64,000 nt of DNA from Flavobacteriales bacterium (GTDB taxonomy: Bacteria; Bacteroidota; Bacteroidia; Flavobacteriales_F; PHOS-HE28): NCBI GenBank assembly GCA_016713865.1, contig JADJOG010000047.1, positions 26,729 to 90,728 of the forward strand. The letters run 5' to 3'. Both the position numbers and the translations under genes were made by a program. Each line of letters opens with the position of its first letter. The stretch's first letter is position 1. The notes beneath the pieces are model-generated. The model was not told the origin of the DNA and did not search any database. It saw only the letters and a list, made by a program, of their open reading frames with translations. Of the stretch, positions 30,728-42,200 are shown piece after piece.

Positions 30728-30904
30728 ATGACGAAGAAGGACAAGATCGCCTTCATCAAGAGCAGCAAGCGGAAGACGCATGTGTACAATGACCTGAATC
30801 GCTACTCGGACCAACAGCTTGACGACGTGATCCGTGAAATAGTGCAAGGCCTGATCCGCGAGAGCGAGATCATCGCCAACGCCTACATCAACGGGTATCG
30901 TTAG
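30728..30904 (+). CDS. small hypothetical protein (58 aa)
   Basis: MTKKDKIAFIKSSKRKTHVYNDL... within ORF 30590..30904. A strong hairpin GGCCCCTCCACCgaatGGTGGcAGGGGCC follows at about 30954-30982. Confidence 0.45.
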   Translation: MTKKDKIAFIKSSKRKTHVYNDLNRYSDQQLDDVIREIVQGLIRESEIIANAYINGYR

Positions 30905-31017
30905 AGAGCAGCGTCGAACGCCTGCTGCTGAAGGCGGAATGCCTTAGGCTACGGGGCCCCTCCACCGAATGGTGGCAGGGGCCTCGCAGCTTTGAACCGT
31001 GCGCCTATCTTCGGCAC

Positions 31018-32781
31018 ATGCCCGCCCACCTCGCCAAGCGCTGGCGCCTGAAGCCCGCACCGGAACCCGACGCCGTGGCCGAACTCACCTACGAGCGCTG
31101 CCCGGAATCTGCGGCCACCATCCTGGCCCAACGCGGAATCCGCGACAAGCGCATGGCCGCGCACTTCTTCCGCCCGGCGCTCGACGACCTGCACGACCCT
31201 TTCCTGATGGCCGGCATGCAAGAGGCGGTTGAACGCATCGAGCGCGCCTTGGGCGACAACGAGCGCATGATGGTGTATGGCGACTACGACGTGGATGGCA
31301 CCACCGCCGTATCGCTCGTGTATGGTTCCCTCGCGCGCTTCACCGGCAACCTGCTGTTCTACATCCCGGATCGATATGCCGAAGGCTACGGCATCTCGTT
31401 CCAAGGCATCGATAAGGCCAAGGAAGAAGGCATCACGCTCATCATCGCGCTGGATTGCGGCATCAAGTCCATCGACAAGGTGGCCTATGCCAAGGAGCGC
31501 GGCATCGACTTCATCATTTGCGACCACCACTTGCCGGGCGAGCAACTGCCCGATGCCGTGGCCGTGCTCGACCCCAAGCGCCCCGATTGCCCCTATCCGT
31601 TCAAGGAGCTCAGTGGCTGCGGCATCGGCTTCAAGCTGATGCAAGGCTTCGCGCAGCGCAACAACATCGCCTTCGATGATCTGCTATCGTCGCTGGATCT
31701 GGTGGCCATCAGCACGGCATGCGACATCGTGCCGGTGACCGGTGAGAACCGCATCCTCAGCCATTTCGGCTTGAAGGAGCTGAACGATACCCCACGGCCA
31801 GGTGTGCGCGCCATCCTCGGCATGGCCAACGTGAAGAAGCGCCTCGGCGTGGGCGACCTCGTGTTCAGCATCGGTCCGCGCATCAATGCCGCCGGGCGCA
31901 TCGAGCATGGGCGCAAAGCGGTGGAACTGCTGCTGGCGCACGAGGATCAGCAAGCAGCAGCGGTAGCCACCTTGATCGACGGCAACAACAGCCATCGGCA
32001 GGAGCTCGACCGCAACATGACGGAGGAAGCACTCGCGCACATCGCCGATGATGCTTGGCAGCAAGGCTCTTGGAGCACGGTGGTGTTCAAGCCCGAATGG
32101 CACAAGGGCGTGGTGGGCATCGTGGCCTCGCGCCTGGTAGAGCGGCATTACAAGCCCACCGTGGTGCTCACCGCCAGCAATGGCAAGGCCGTGGGCAGCG
32201 CGCGCAGCGTGAAGGGCTTCGATGTGCATGAGGCCATCAGCGCGTGCAGCGATCTGCTGGATCAGTACGGCGGCCACATGTATGCGGCGGGGCTCACCAT
32301 GCCAGTGGAGAATGTGGAAGCCTTCCGCCAGCGATTCGATGAAGCTGTTCGCGCCACCATCACCGCTGAGCAGCGCGTGCCGGAGGAAGAGGTGGACATC
32401 GAGCTCCGCCTTGATCGGATCGACGAGGGCCTGTTGCGCGTGATCAAGCACATGGCGCCGTATGGTCCAGGAAACATGAGGCCCGTCTTCCTCGCACGCG
32501 GTGTTGTTGATACGGGCAGCGCGCGCCTCGTGGGCGAGCACCATCTGAAGATGCGGCTCGCTCACCCCGACGACCTGCGCCGATCCTTCGATGCCATTGC
32601 CTTTAAGCAAGCCGCTTGGCTCGATCGCGTGAAGAGCGGCCAGCCCTTCAGCGTGCTTTACGCGATCGAAGAGCATGAATGGCAGGGCCGCGTGAGCACG
32701 CAGCTCAATATCAAGGACATCAAATCGGAAGTGGATGGCGTGCTCTTCGGGGAAGAACGCATGGCCGCTGTGAACCAATGA
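31018..32781 (+). CDS. recJ: single-stranded-DNA-specific exonuclease RecJ
   Basis: DHH motifs (VYGDYDVDGTTA, IICDHH) and a DHHA1 domain. Length 587 aa. Confidence 0.9.
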   Translation: MPAHLAKRWRLKPAPEPDAVAELTYERCPESAATILAQRGIRDKRMAAHFFRPALDDLHDPFLMAGMQEAVERIERALGDNERMMVYGDYDVDGTTAVSLVYGSLARFTGNLLFYIPDRYAEGYGISFQGIDKAKEEGITLIIALDCGIKSIDKVAYAKERGIDFIICDHHLPGEQLPDAVAVLDPKRPDCPYPFKELSGCGIGFKLMQGFAQRNNIAFDDLLSSLDLVAISTACDIVPVTGENRILSHFGLKELNDTPRPGVRAILGMANVKKRLGVGDLVFSIGPRINAAGRIEHGRKAVELLLAHEDQQAAAVATLIDGNNSHRQELDRNMTEEALAHIADDAWQQGSWSTVVFKPEWHKGVVGIVASRLVERHYKPTVVLTASNGKAVGSARSVKGFDVHEAISACSDLLDQYGGHMYAAGLTMPVENVEAFRQRFDEAVRATITAEQRVPEEEVDIELRLDRIDEGLLRVIKHMAPYGPGNMRPVFLARGVVDTGSARLVGEHHLKMRLAHPDDLRRSFDAIAFKQAAWLDRVKSGQPFSVLYAIEEHEWQGRVSTQLNIKDIKSEVDGVLFGEERMAAVNQ

Positions 32782-34349
32782 AACCTGATCGCATGAAGAA
32801 GCATCTCATCGCTTTTGCGGCTTTGCTGCCCTTTGCCGCCTCAGCCCAGTCGCCAACTTGGAGCGACGATGTGGCGTGCATCGTGTACTCGCACTGCACC
32901 GCATGCCACCACGATGGAGGTCCTGCGCACTTCAGCCTGACCACGTATGTGGATGCCTATTGGTGGCGCAATGAGATGCGTGCCGCGACGCAGGCCAAGC
33001 TGATGCCACCCTGGCCAGCAGATGAAGCCTATCGCCCGCTGGCGCACGAGCGGCTCCTTTCGCAGGATGAGATCGACATCATTGCCGCATGGGTGGACGG
33101 TGGCGCCCCCGAGGGCAATGCGCAGAATGCCCCAGCGGCACCGGAGTACTCGAGCGAGGCCGTGATCACGAATCCCGATATCACCGCCATCATGGATGAT
33201 TACGTCATCCCTTCTTCAACCTCCGACAACTACCGGTGCTTCGTGCTGCCCATCAACAACCCCGCGAACTCCTGGATCACGGGCCTTGAAGTGGTGCCCG
33301 GCAACCGCGAGATGGTGCATCACGTGCTCGTGTTCCAGGACGCCACCGGACAGGCGCAGCAATTGGATGCGCAGGATCCGGCGCCCGGCTATTCCGGTTT
33401 CGGTGGCATCGGCGTACCCAGCGCCAAGCTGATTGGGATGTGGGTGCCGGGGTCGGAGCCGTACTTCACCCCGCAAGGAATGGGAATCAAGTTGCTCGCG
33501 AACGCGGACATCGTGATTCAGGTGCATTACCCGGCCACGAGTTCGGTGCAACTCGATAGCACTCGGGTGAACATCCGTTTGGGCACAGCGCCCTTCATGC
33601 GCGAGTTGGCCATCGATGCCATCCTTCAGCATAGCAATATGACCAACGGCCCGCTCGTGATCCCGGCCAATCAGGTGCGCACCTTCAATCAGCAGTACAC
33701 AGTTCCGATCAATGCCACCATCACCGCCATCGGCCCGCATGGCCATCTGATCTGCCGAAGCTTGAAGAGCTGGGCGGTGAAGCCCAGCGGCGAAGTGGTC
33801 CCGTTGATCGACATCCCGCAATGGGATTTCCGTTGGCAGGACCTGTACTCCTTCCGCAATCCCATCTTCTTGCCCAGCGGAACCGTGATCCACAGCGAAG
33901 GCGTTTACGACAATACCAGCGCGAACCCCAACAACCCGAGCAGTCCGCCGCAGCTGGTCACTGCCGGCGAGGCCACCACCGATGAGATGTTCCTCTTCTT
34001 CTTCGCATGGACGCCCGGCCTCGCCAGCGATGAAGCGATCGTGATCGATGACGGTGCGCACCCTGAGCATCACCTCGGCTGCGAGACCAGCTTCTCGGTC
34101 GGAGTGATTGATGTGGTCGCAGCGCCGTTGCGGATCGTACCGAATCCGGCTGCTGAGCGCATCACCATTTCCGGCGCGACTGGATCGATTATCCGCATGC
34201 TCGACGCAACAGGTCGCGTGGTGCACACGGCATCACTCACGATGCAAGAAGAGGTCATCGATGTGGCCGCATTGCGACGCGGGCCCTACATCGTGGAGCT
34301 GCTGCATCGCGATGGAACGAATCAGCGCGCCACTGTGGTGCTTGAATGA
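32778..34349 (+). CDS. secreted cytochrome c domain fused to a copper type II monooxygenase-like (PHM/DBH fold) domain, with T9SS C-terminal sorting domain
   Basis: Signal peptide (MKPDRMKKHLIAFAALLPFAASAQ; alternative start 32793). CTACH heme motif plus MPPWPAD. PHM-like ligand pattern: HHVLVF, QVHYP, PHGHLI, DEMFLFF. C-terminal ...GPYIVELLHRDGTNQRATVVLE. Confidence 0.55.
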   Translation: MKPDRMKKHLIAFAALLPFAASAQSPTWSDDVACIVYSHCTACHHDGGPAHFSLTTYVDAYWWRNEMRAATQAKLMPPWPADEAYRPLAHERLLSQDEIDIIAAWVDGGAPEGNAQNAPAAPEYSSEAVITNPDITAIMDDYVIPSSTSDNYRCFVLPINNPANSWITGLEVVPGNREMVHHVLVFQDATGQAQQLDAQDPAPGYSGFGGIGVPSAKLIGMWVPGSEPYFTPQGMGIKLLANADIVIQVHYPATSSVQLDSTRVNIRLGTAPFMRELAIDAILQHSNMTNGPLVIPANQVRTFNQQYTVPINATITAIGPHGHLICRSLKSWAVKPSGEVVPLIDIPQWDFRWQDLYSFRNPIFLPSGTVIHSEGVYDNTSANPNNPSSPPQLVTAGEATTDEMFLFFFAWTPGLASDEAIVIDDGAHPEHHLGCETSFSVGVIDVVAAPLRIVPNPAAERITISGATGSIIRMLDATGRVVHTASLTMQEEVIDVAALRRGPYIVELLHRDGTNQRATVVLE

Positions 34350-34795
34350 TGCTCGACCTCGGCGATGAGCATTTCATGCGGCAGGCCCTGAAGGAGGCTG
34401 AGCAGGCCTTCAAGCAGGACGAGGTGCCCATCGGTGCGGTAGTGGTAGGCGGCGGACGCATCATCGCTCGCGCGCACAACCTCACCGAGAAGCTGAACGA
34501 TGTCACGGCGCATGCCGAGATGCAGGCGATTACCGCTGCTGCAGAGGCCATTGGTGGAAAGTACTTGAGGGAATGCACGCTGTATGTGACCGTGGAGCCT
34601 TGCCCCATGTGCGCCGGTGCGCTGCATTGGGCGCAAGTGGGGCGCATCGTGTTCGGCGCCTTCGACGAGAAGAGCGGCTACCGGCGCATCGGCGGCGTGC
34701 TGCTGCACCCCAAGACCCAGGGGACCGGCGGAGTGCTGGAGCCGGAGTGCGCTGATCTGATGAAGGCCTTCTTCAAGCGGAAGCGCGCGTTGTAA
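34346..34795 (+). CDS. tadA: tRNA adenosine(34) deaminase
   Basis: HAEMQAI...TLYVTVEPCPMCAGAL zinc-binding motifs. Length 149 aa. Confidence 0.85.
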   Translation: MMLDLGDEHFMRQALKEAEQAFKQDEVPIGAVVVGGGRIIARAHNLTEKLNDVTAHAEMQAITAAAEAIGGKYLRECTLYVTVEPCPMCAGALHWAQVGRIVFGAFDEKSGYRRIGGVLLHPKTQGTGGVLEPECADLMKAFFKRKRAL

Positions 34796-34842
34796 GCAGC
34801 GCCATCCCGCTTTATGACGTCAATCGCACGAAACGCACCCCT

Positions 34843-35733
34843 ATGAAACGAATCGCGACACTTCCGCTCATGTGTGCATTGATTCATCCGGGTTCGGCGC
34901 AAGTGGTGGGTGAGTTCCTCGAGATGAATTTCGAGTCGGGCGCCACCCTGGTCCTGGACAGTGTTTATCCAGCAGGTTGCTGGCAAGTGGGGAGACCTGC
35001 GAAAACTCTGTTCACCACCGCGCTCAGCCTTCCAAACGCGCTTGTCACGGACACACTGCTTCCTTATCCGTCTTTCACCACGTGCTATGCTGAGTTCACA
35101 CTCTTAGCTGATGAGTCCTCAAATGATTATGGTCGCTGGTTCGAGTTCGATCATTGGTTGGACCTCGCTCCGGGCAGTAGGGCCTACATAGAGGCCCGCG
35201 ACACCTGGTCTTCCGATTGGTCAAGGTTGAACGACGGCTGGTATGCGGAGGGAAGCGTGATCAATGGACCCCAGGGTTATGAATTCGCGGGCAGCACAGG
35301 CGCATGGGAGCATGTAGCCTTCGACTCGCCTTGCGGCGGTGTGATGCAAGCGACAGCCGATCGATGGTATGACCCGTTGATGCGGCTTAGGTTCGTGCTT
35401 GAAGCAGGCGATAACGGTAGCGGCCGCGATGGCTGGATGATCGATGACTTTCGTGCCACGGCTACCATTTGCGCGGGCGGCCTTACGGAACACAGGGTCA
35501 GCGGCTTGAAGATCTACCCGAACCCAGCGAATGACAGGGTGCTCATTCAGTTTCATGGCAATCCCGGTCCGTCGACAGTGCAAGTGATCCGTAGCGATGG
35601 CGCTATAGTCGCGGTGACTACCGTGCAAGGCGATCGAATCGGCTTGAGCGTTGATGAATTGCCATCAGGGCCCTATCTGATACGTTCCATCGGTAGCATG
35701 CCAAAGCAGGCCATGCTCCTCATTCAGCGTTGA
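34843..35733 (+). CDS. hypothetical secreted protein with T9SS C-terminal sorting domain
   Basis: Signal peptide MKRIATLPLMCALIHPGSAQ. C-terminal KIYPNPANDRVLIQF...GPYLIRSIGSMPKQAMLLIQR. Confidence 0.6.
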   Translation: MKRIATLPLMCALIHPGSAQVVGEFLEMNFESGATLVLDSVYPAGCWQVGRPAKTLFTTALSLPNALVTDTLLPYPSFTTCYAEFTLLADESSNDYGRWFEFDHWLDLAPGSRAYIEARDTWSSDWSRLNDGWYAEGSVINGPQGYEFAGSTGAWEHVAFDSPCGGVMQATADRWYDPLMRLRFVLEAGDNGSGRDGWMIDDFRATATICAGGLTEHRVSGLKIYPNPANDRVLIQFHGNPGPSTVQVIRSDGAIVAVTTVQGDRIGLSVDELPSGPYLIRSIGSMPKQAMLLIQR

Positions 35734-35746
35734 GGCCAAAGCCGCT

Positions 35747-38700
35747 TCACGGCAATTGCTGCGTCCTTGTATTCGTCGGAACGCTTCCGCCAACATTCAC
35801 GAGAATTGGATCGCGGTCGTTGTTCTCCCCGGTGTAGCGGAAGATGCCATCCATGTTCACGTCGGCTTGGTGATAGCCCGGCGCGCTCAAAGCCGTTGGC
35901 ACGTTGCCGCCAATGCTCAACAGGATGGGATCGCGGTCATTGTCCTCACCGGTGTAGCGCAGGATGCCATCGCGAGAAACATCACCGCTCCAGAGCAGCG
36001 CCTTGCCATCGCGCAGCCGACGGGCATCGGTCCCGTGCATGCTGAGCGCAGGGTTCGAGAAGTCGATGCTCGCTGGGGTCGTGCTCAATGCTTGCGGGGC
36101 CGCAGTCATTGCTCCCAGATGATTCCGGTGCTTCACGGCGATTCGGTAATTACCATTTCCGGCGCGGAAGCTTACAGGCGAATCTCCGTCGATGTCAACC
36201 ACATCGCCATCGCGCTGCAGCAGTGCTGAGCGAGTGGCAAGCACGGTTGACGGCGAGGTGGCATCGCGCAATTCGAGCATCACCCAATCGACAATGGCAT
36301 TATTGCCCGATTGGACGAGCACGGCAGGCGCCACGGTCTCGCCGCCGCCGAAGTACTGCTGGAAGCCAAGTCCGGTGTAGGGCTCGGTCGAAGGGATGTG
36401 GGAGCCGCTGCGCAAGGCATCGCTCATGATGTCCGTGACCTCATCATAAGGACCATCGAGCAAGAGCTTCAGGGCCACGCGCACGCCATTGCGCTCGATC
36501 ACCACATCGTCGAGGTGCAGCCAGTTGCCATAGCCATTGATATTCACGAAGCGCACGATCACTTGCTGGCCGTCGAAAGCGCTTAGGTCATCATCGTGCT
36601 GCTGCCATTGACTGCAGGCGGTTGGTGTCCAGGCTGAGGTGACATATCCTGTGGTTTGCAGGGCCGCACCCGTGGCCTGGAATGTGGTGGTCCAAGTGAG
36701 CCCGCAATCGCCGCTGACCTCCACGCGCATGCCATCGGGGTAAGCAGAGCTATAGCCGCTGTAGGCGTGCTTGTATTTGAGGCGCGTGCCAGCCGATCCA
36801 CTCAGGTCTATTCGCGGGGTAACCAAGCGATCTTCTTGGCCCGGGGCGCTTACGGAGTAGTTATCGATGCCCCAGACGCGCGCGCCTACGCAAGACTCTT
36901 GGGCGGAAACAGCACGGGTCACCCATGTGGTGCCGTTGTCGGGATTCTCGAGTAACCAGCCCGCAGGGATCGGCGGGGTGCTTTCAACATTCGTGGTATA
37001 GGTCGATGCAGCACTGGATGGAGTAGTGAGGGTGATGCTCGATGCAGCTGCGTCATTCGGGACGTACTGATCCCCCGCAAGATTCGTCCGTGCCGTCACG
37101 GTATGTGGCCCATCGCCTGTGATGGTGAGTGTTTGCGCGAAGGTGTAATCGGCAGAGGCGCCTGCAGCGAGTGTCCCGGCGTAGGCGGCCAGCACCTCGG
37201 AGCCTCCATCGAGCTGATAACGCAGCTCGAAATTCGATTGTGGCTGCTGACCGAAGTTTCCGCACGCGAACAACGACTGGGAGATTGCTTGCCGCGCAGT
37301 TGAAGAGGTTTCCGCTGGGCGATAGCACTTGAGCGATGCCCACGTTGTTGGCCACGGGCATGTCGAAGGCCTCGCTCTGATCCGAGCGGCTGGTGGAGAG
37401 CCCTTGACTGGCGCTTGCTCCCAAGCCGCGGCGCGCGAAGGCTGCCCAGATCGCGGTCTGGTTAGCACCGCCGTAAAGTGCTTGATCGGCGGCGAGTATC
37501 GCGTCACGACCATCAACGAATCCTGGATTGCAGGGTGTGAGCTTCAGGCCTTCAATCACCAGTCGCATGGCGATGTTGTTGCCGCCGGTGCCATTGTAAA
37601 TGTCCGGGTCCCAGCCGTAGATGCCGATCAGCTCCCAGGTCATCTCCCAGAGCATGGTACACCACACGAAACCGATGCCATGCGGCTGGCTCAATCCACT
37701 ATTGGTGCTTGCATAGGTGTAGTTGTTAACGCCGAAGCTGGTGCTGTAACGAGCCGGGCGGATGCCCGCACCCGTGGTAGGCTGGCCGAGCACATAGGTG
37801 CCTACGCCACGACCGGTTGAACCGGTATCACCTGCGCGTATCGTCATAACGATGCCGAAATAGTCGCTCCAGCCCTCACCCATTTGCTCAGCGTTGCCCA
37901 AGCAGCTCGTGTTCGCCGGACCGCCAACGAGGCGGTTGCTGATGCCGTGGCCGTACTCATGCGCGATGATCCCATTATCCAGGTCACTGTCGCGGTTGGG
38001 CGTGGTATAGGTCCACCGATACATCTGCATCCGTGGATTGCTGCCATCGGGTGGAGTGCCGAAATTGGCGTTGTTGGTGCCGCTGCCATCCTGCGCATCT
38101 GCATCAACGGGGTCGCTGCCGACGCCGCCGCGGCCGTAGTTGTTCTCTTGGAAGTTGCCGGCCGGGTCATTGAAGCCATACTGGTACCACACGTCGTGCA
38201 TCAAGTTGTTCCAGTAGAAGAGGTTGGTGGTGGCGGCGGGCAGGTAGGTCGAAGGCGCCTGTGCGAAATCAATCGGGAAGTCGAAGTCGAGCGTTGCGCC
38301 GCCATCTGGTCGCGTGCCACCGGTGTTGTTGGCATCGGCATCTTCTTGCGCGAAGCAGTTGTTGCCGCGCGTATCCGAGAACTCTGCACCTGCTACACCA
38401 TTGGTGTCGTGCCAGCCATAGGGCGAAGCGGTGCCGCCATCGAGCCAAGGGGCGTTGCTCAGTGTGCGCGGGCCGTGGCTCGGACTCTCCAAAGGCCAAT
38501 CGAACACGTTGTATTCGTTGGGTGCGGCGGGAGCAAGTTCCTCTTCAGGCGAATGATCGGTGCAGCCATGATGTGTGTGGTCATCCCAGTTGCATTGCGC
38601 TACCCAGTCGTTGCGGTCCAGCTCTTCACCGGTGATGGCATCGACGCGCACGTTCCACCAATGCGAGCCATCGGGCGTGTAATGGTTCACGTTCCAGGCC

Positions 38701-39212
38701 AAGCGCAAGGCATCGCCTTTGGGCTGGAACACGAGCTGGGCTATTATGGGCTCGTTTCCGAAAGCGCTGCCATCGAAGATCGCTTTGCGCCCTTCATCCT
38801 CTGCGCTCATCAGCTGCGGTGCGCTCTTATCGGGCAGGTTGCGTGCAATCACCAAGGCCACGGCGGCTTCGGCTGTAAGCACGGGTTCGGTAGCGTTCGC
38901 GCGTTTCCCGATGCCGGTGAAAGCGCCCACGTTCAACTTGAGCAATTCGCCATCTGGACGGAGATGCATAGCGATGTCGCCATTCCACACCTCGATGCCT
39001 TGCCAGCGCTGACGCAGGTACAAGTGACGGATCCCGCTTCCTTCCGAACGGTAATCGTCCTCGATCAGTAGATCCTTCAGGTCGCTTGCATGAAAGCCGT
39101 CAAGCAACAGAAGCTGCTCGGTTTTCGCTGGCAAGGGAGTTGAGCTCTGGGCAGAAACGCAGTTCGCTGAAAATACGAGGGCAATGAGGGCGAGGGTCGG
39201 CTTGTGTATCAT
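35747..39212 (-). pseudogene. M36 (fungalysin-like) zinc metalloprotease, copy 1: FTP propeptide, M36 catalytic domain, shared middle domain and a dockerin-like C-terminal module. One frameshift near 37300.
   Basis: Signal peptide MIHKPTLALIALVFSANCVSAQ. HEYGHGISNRL (HEXXH) in ORF 37053..39212. The continuation in ORF 35747..37516 includes D-x-N-x-D-G loops (DVNMDGIFRYTGENNDRDPIL). There is no classic T9SS CTD. Confidence 0.75.
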
Positions 39213-39282
39213 GGGGATGGGCGCAAAATAGAAGGAACGCCTATGCCCGTTTTTTCACGAAACCTGCAGAATGAGGATTCCT

Positions 39283-42200
39283 TCACTCGGAAACCACGAG
39301 GCGCTCCACGCCGAAGGCGCCATCGGGCCCAATGCGCAGGAAATACACGCCGGGTACTGGACGGCGCAGCGCGAGTCGCACAAGGCCCTCTGCCCCGGTA
39401 TCGACGCTCATCGGGACAATCTGCCCTAAGGCATCACGCAGTTCGATCGGCGTGCCGGGCTCCGGTAGCAGAAGTGTGAACTGGCCATTGCCCGGGTTCG
39501 GGAATGCCCGTTGGCCTTGATGGCCACGCTTCATGCTAACCATATCCGAGATCTCCTCGGATCCATCGATGTCGATCATGCGCAAGCGATAGAAGCTGGT
39601 GCCCGCTAGCGGCGCGGGATCGAGCAGTGCGTAATTCGAGAGCATCAGCGATTGGCCGCGCGCTTCCATGCGGCCAATGGCGGTCCAAGCGCTTGCATCA
39701 CGCGAGCGCTGCACCTCGAAATGGCTGCTGCCGCTCTCACTGGCCGTGCTCCATTCCAACAGCACGCCGTCAGCCACCTCGCGGCCTTTGAAAGAGAGCA
39801 GCTCCACTGGAAGTGAAGAGGATCCCGTGAACTGCACATTGTCTAGATACAAGGTGTTGCCGTAGCCATTGATGCCTACGAAGCGCACGAGCACGGTCTG
39901 CCCGTCATAGGCGCTGATGTCGAGATTGTTGGCCCTCCACTGCGCGCAAGCACCCGGGGTATACACTCCAGTGTTATCCGGTGCGGTGGCAAGCGCGGCT
40001 CCGCTCTGGTTCAGCAAGGTCACCCAGTTGCCGCCGCAGCTGCCGCTGATTTCAACGCGGAAACCATCGAAAAGCGAGGCATTGTACCTGGCATAGGCGT
40101 TGTCGAATCGGAGACGGGTGCTGCTGAGGCTCACGAGGTTCACGAGCGGTGTAATCAAGCGGTCTTCCTGTCCTATGCCGTTATAGTTGAAGTTGTCGAT
40201 GTACCAAGCGCGCGATGAGGTGCACGAAGGCCCGGGGCCGATTGCCGGAACGATTGTGCTCCAGGTGTAAGCATTGTCAGGGTTCTGAAGCGACCATCCG
40301 GCAGGCGTTGGCGAAGCGGCAGAAAGGCCCTCGCTGTATGGCGCCATCACGGTTGTGCCAGCCGTAACGGTGATTGATTGTGATTGGGCATTGTCCACGG
40401 CGTACATGTCGCCGGTGAGGTTGGTCTCCACCTCCAAAGTGTGCGTGCCCGCCGAAGGTGGAGTGAAGGGTGTGGCGAACGTGACGGTGACGGACGCACC
40501 AGAAGCCAGAGGGCCCGGTACATTCTGCGTTACCCATGCGCCGCCGTTCAAACGGTAACGAACCGGGAAATTGCTCTGTGAATTGGTTCCGAAGTTGCGC
40601 ACCACTGCACGCACGGTTACAGGAGAGGACGGGCAGAGGTAGAAGGCGGTTCCGGGCTCCGTGATGCTGGATACGCCAACATTGGTGGGTACTGGCGAGC
40701 TGTACGATTCCACCTGATCAGTACGGCTGCCCGCAGTGCCCTGGCTGGCACCGCTGCCCAAGCCGCGCCGGGCGAAAGCGGCCCAAAGCGCCGTGTTGTT
40801 GGCGCCGCCATACAGGTTCTGATCAGCGAGCAGGATGGCATCGCGGCCCTGCACGAAACCGGGATTGCATGGCGTGAGCTTCATGGCTTCAATCACTAAG
40901 CGCAATGCCCGATTGTTGCCGCCGTTGCCGTTGTAGATGTCGGGGTCGAAGCCGTGGATGCCAATCAGCTCCCAAGTCATTTCCCACAGGATGGTGCACC
41001 ACACGAAGCCCATTCCGTGCGGCACGGTGAGGGCTGTATTGTTCGTGCTTGCATAGGTGTAATTATTCACCCCGAAGTTGGTGCTGTATGGAGCGGGCCT
41101 GATGCCGCCGCCCGTTGCTGGCTGCCCCACCACGTAGGTGCCGATGCCGCGTGGCATAGGACCCGTATCACCGGTCTTCATCGTGAGCATGAGCGCTAAG
41201 TAGTCGCTCCAGCCTTCGCCCATCTGCTCAGCATTGGTCAGGCAGTTCACATTCGCTGGACCGCCTACGAGTCGATTGCTCACGCCATGACCATATTCAT
41301 GTGCGATCACGCCATTGTCCAGATCGCTCGTGCGATTGGGCGTGGTGTAGGTCCACACGTACATCTGCATGCGTGGACGTGTGCCTTCGGCGGGCGTGGC
41401 GAAGTTGGCGTTGTTGGTGCCGCTGCCATCGAGCGCATCGGCCAGCACATAATCGTTGCCGGTGCCGCCACGGCCGTAATTGTTCTGCTGGAAGTTGCCC
41501 GACGGATCATTGAATCCGTAGCCGTAGAGCACATCATGCACGGTGTTGTTCCAGTAGTAGAGATTGGTGATGAGGGCGCTTTGATAGGTGTTAGGCGCAT
41601 TGGCCAGATTGATCGGGAAGTCGAAGTCGAGCGTAGCGCCGCCATCGGGAGCGGCCGATCGTGGTCTCATTGTCGTTGGCGATATCCTCCTTCGCCCAAA
41701 CGTTGTTGCCTCGGGTTGTCGTGTACTCCGCGCCCGCAGCGCCATTCGTGTCCTGCCATCCGAAAGGCGATGCGATCCCGCCCAGAGTCCAAGGCGCATT
41801 GCGCAGGGAGCGCGCTCCGTGCGAAGGGCTCTCGACAGGCAAGCCGTACACATTGAAATCGTTCGGAGCCGCCGGCATCATCGATGCGTCCTCCGGGTGC
41901 GCGCAGTCGTGGTCGTTATGCGGGTGATCCCACGTGCAGGAACTCACCCAATCGTTGCGGTCGAGCTCCTCGCCGGTCATGGCGTCGATCCGTACGTTCC
42001 ACCAATGGCTGCCATCAGGCGTGTAATGGTTCACGTTCCAAGCAAGCCGCAAGCGGTCATCAACGGGTTGATAAACGAGCTGTGCGAAGGGCGATTCATC
42101 GCTGAAGCCTGTTGCATCGAAACGGATCAAACGCCCGCCATCCAATGATTCGATGATCGCAGGGGTCGCGACCCCTGGAAGATTCTCTGCAAGCACGCTG

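Noticed and set aside
39213-39282. Terminator or promoter between the two M36 genes (TATTTTG-like motif on the minus strand).
   Set aside because: One T short of the TAnnTTTG consensus and no convincing hairpin. Not reportable.
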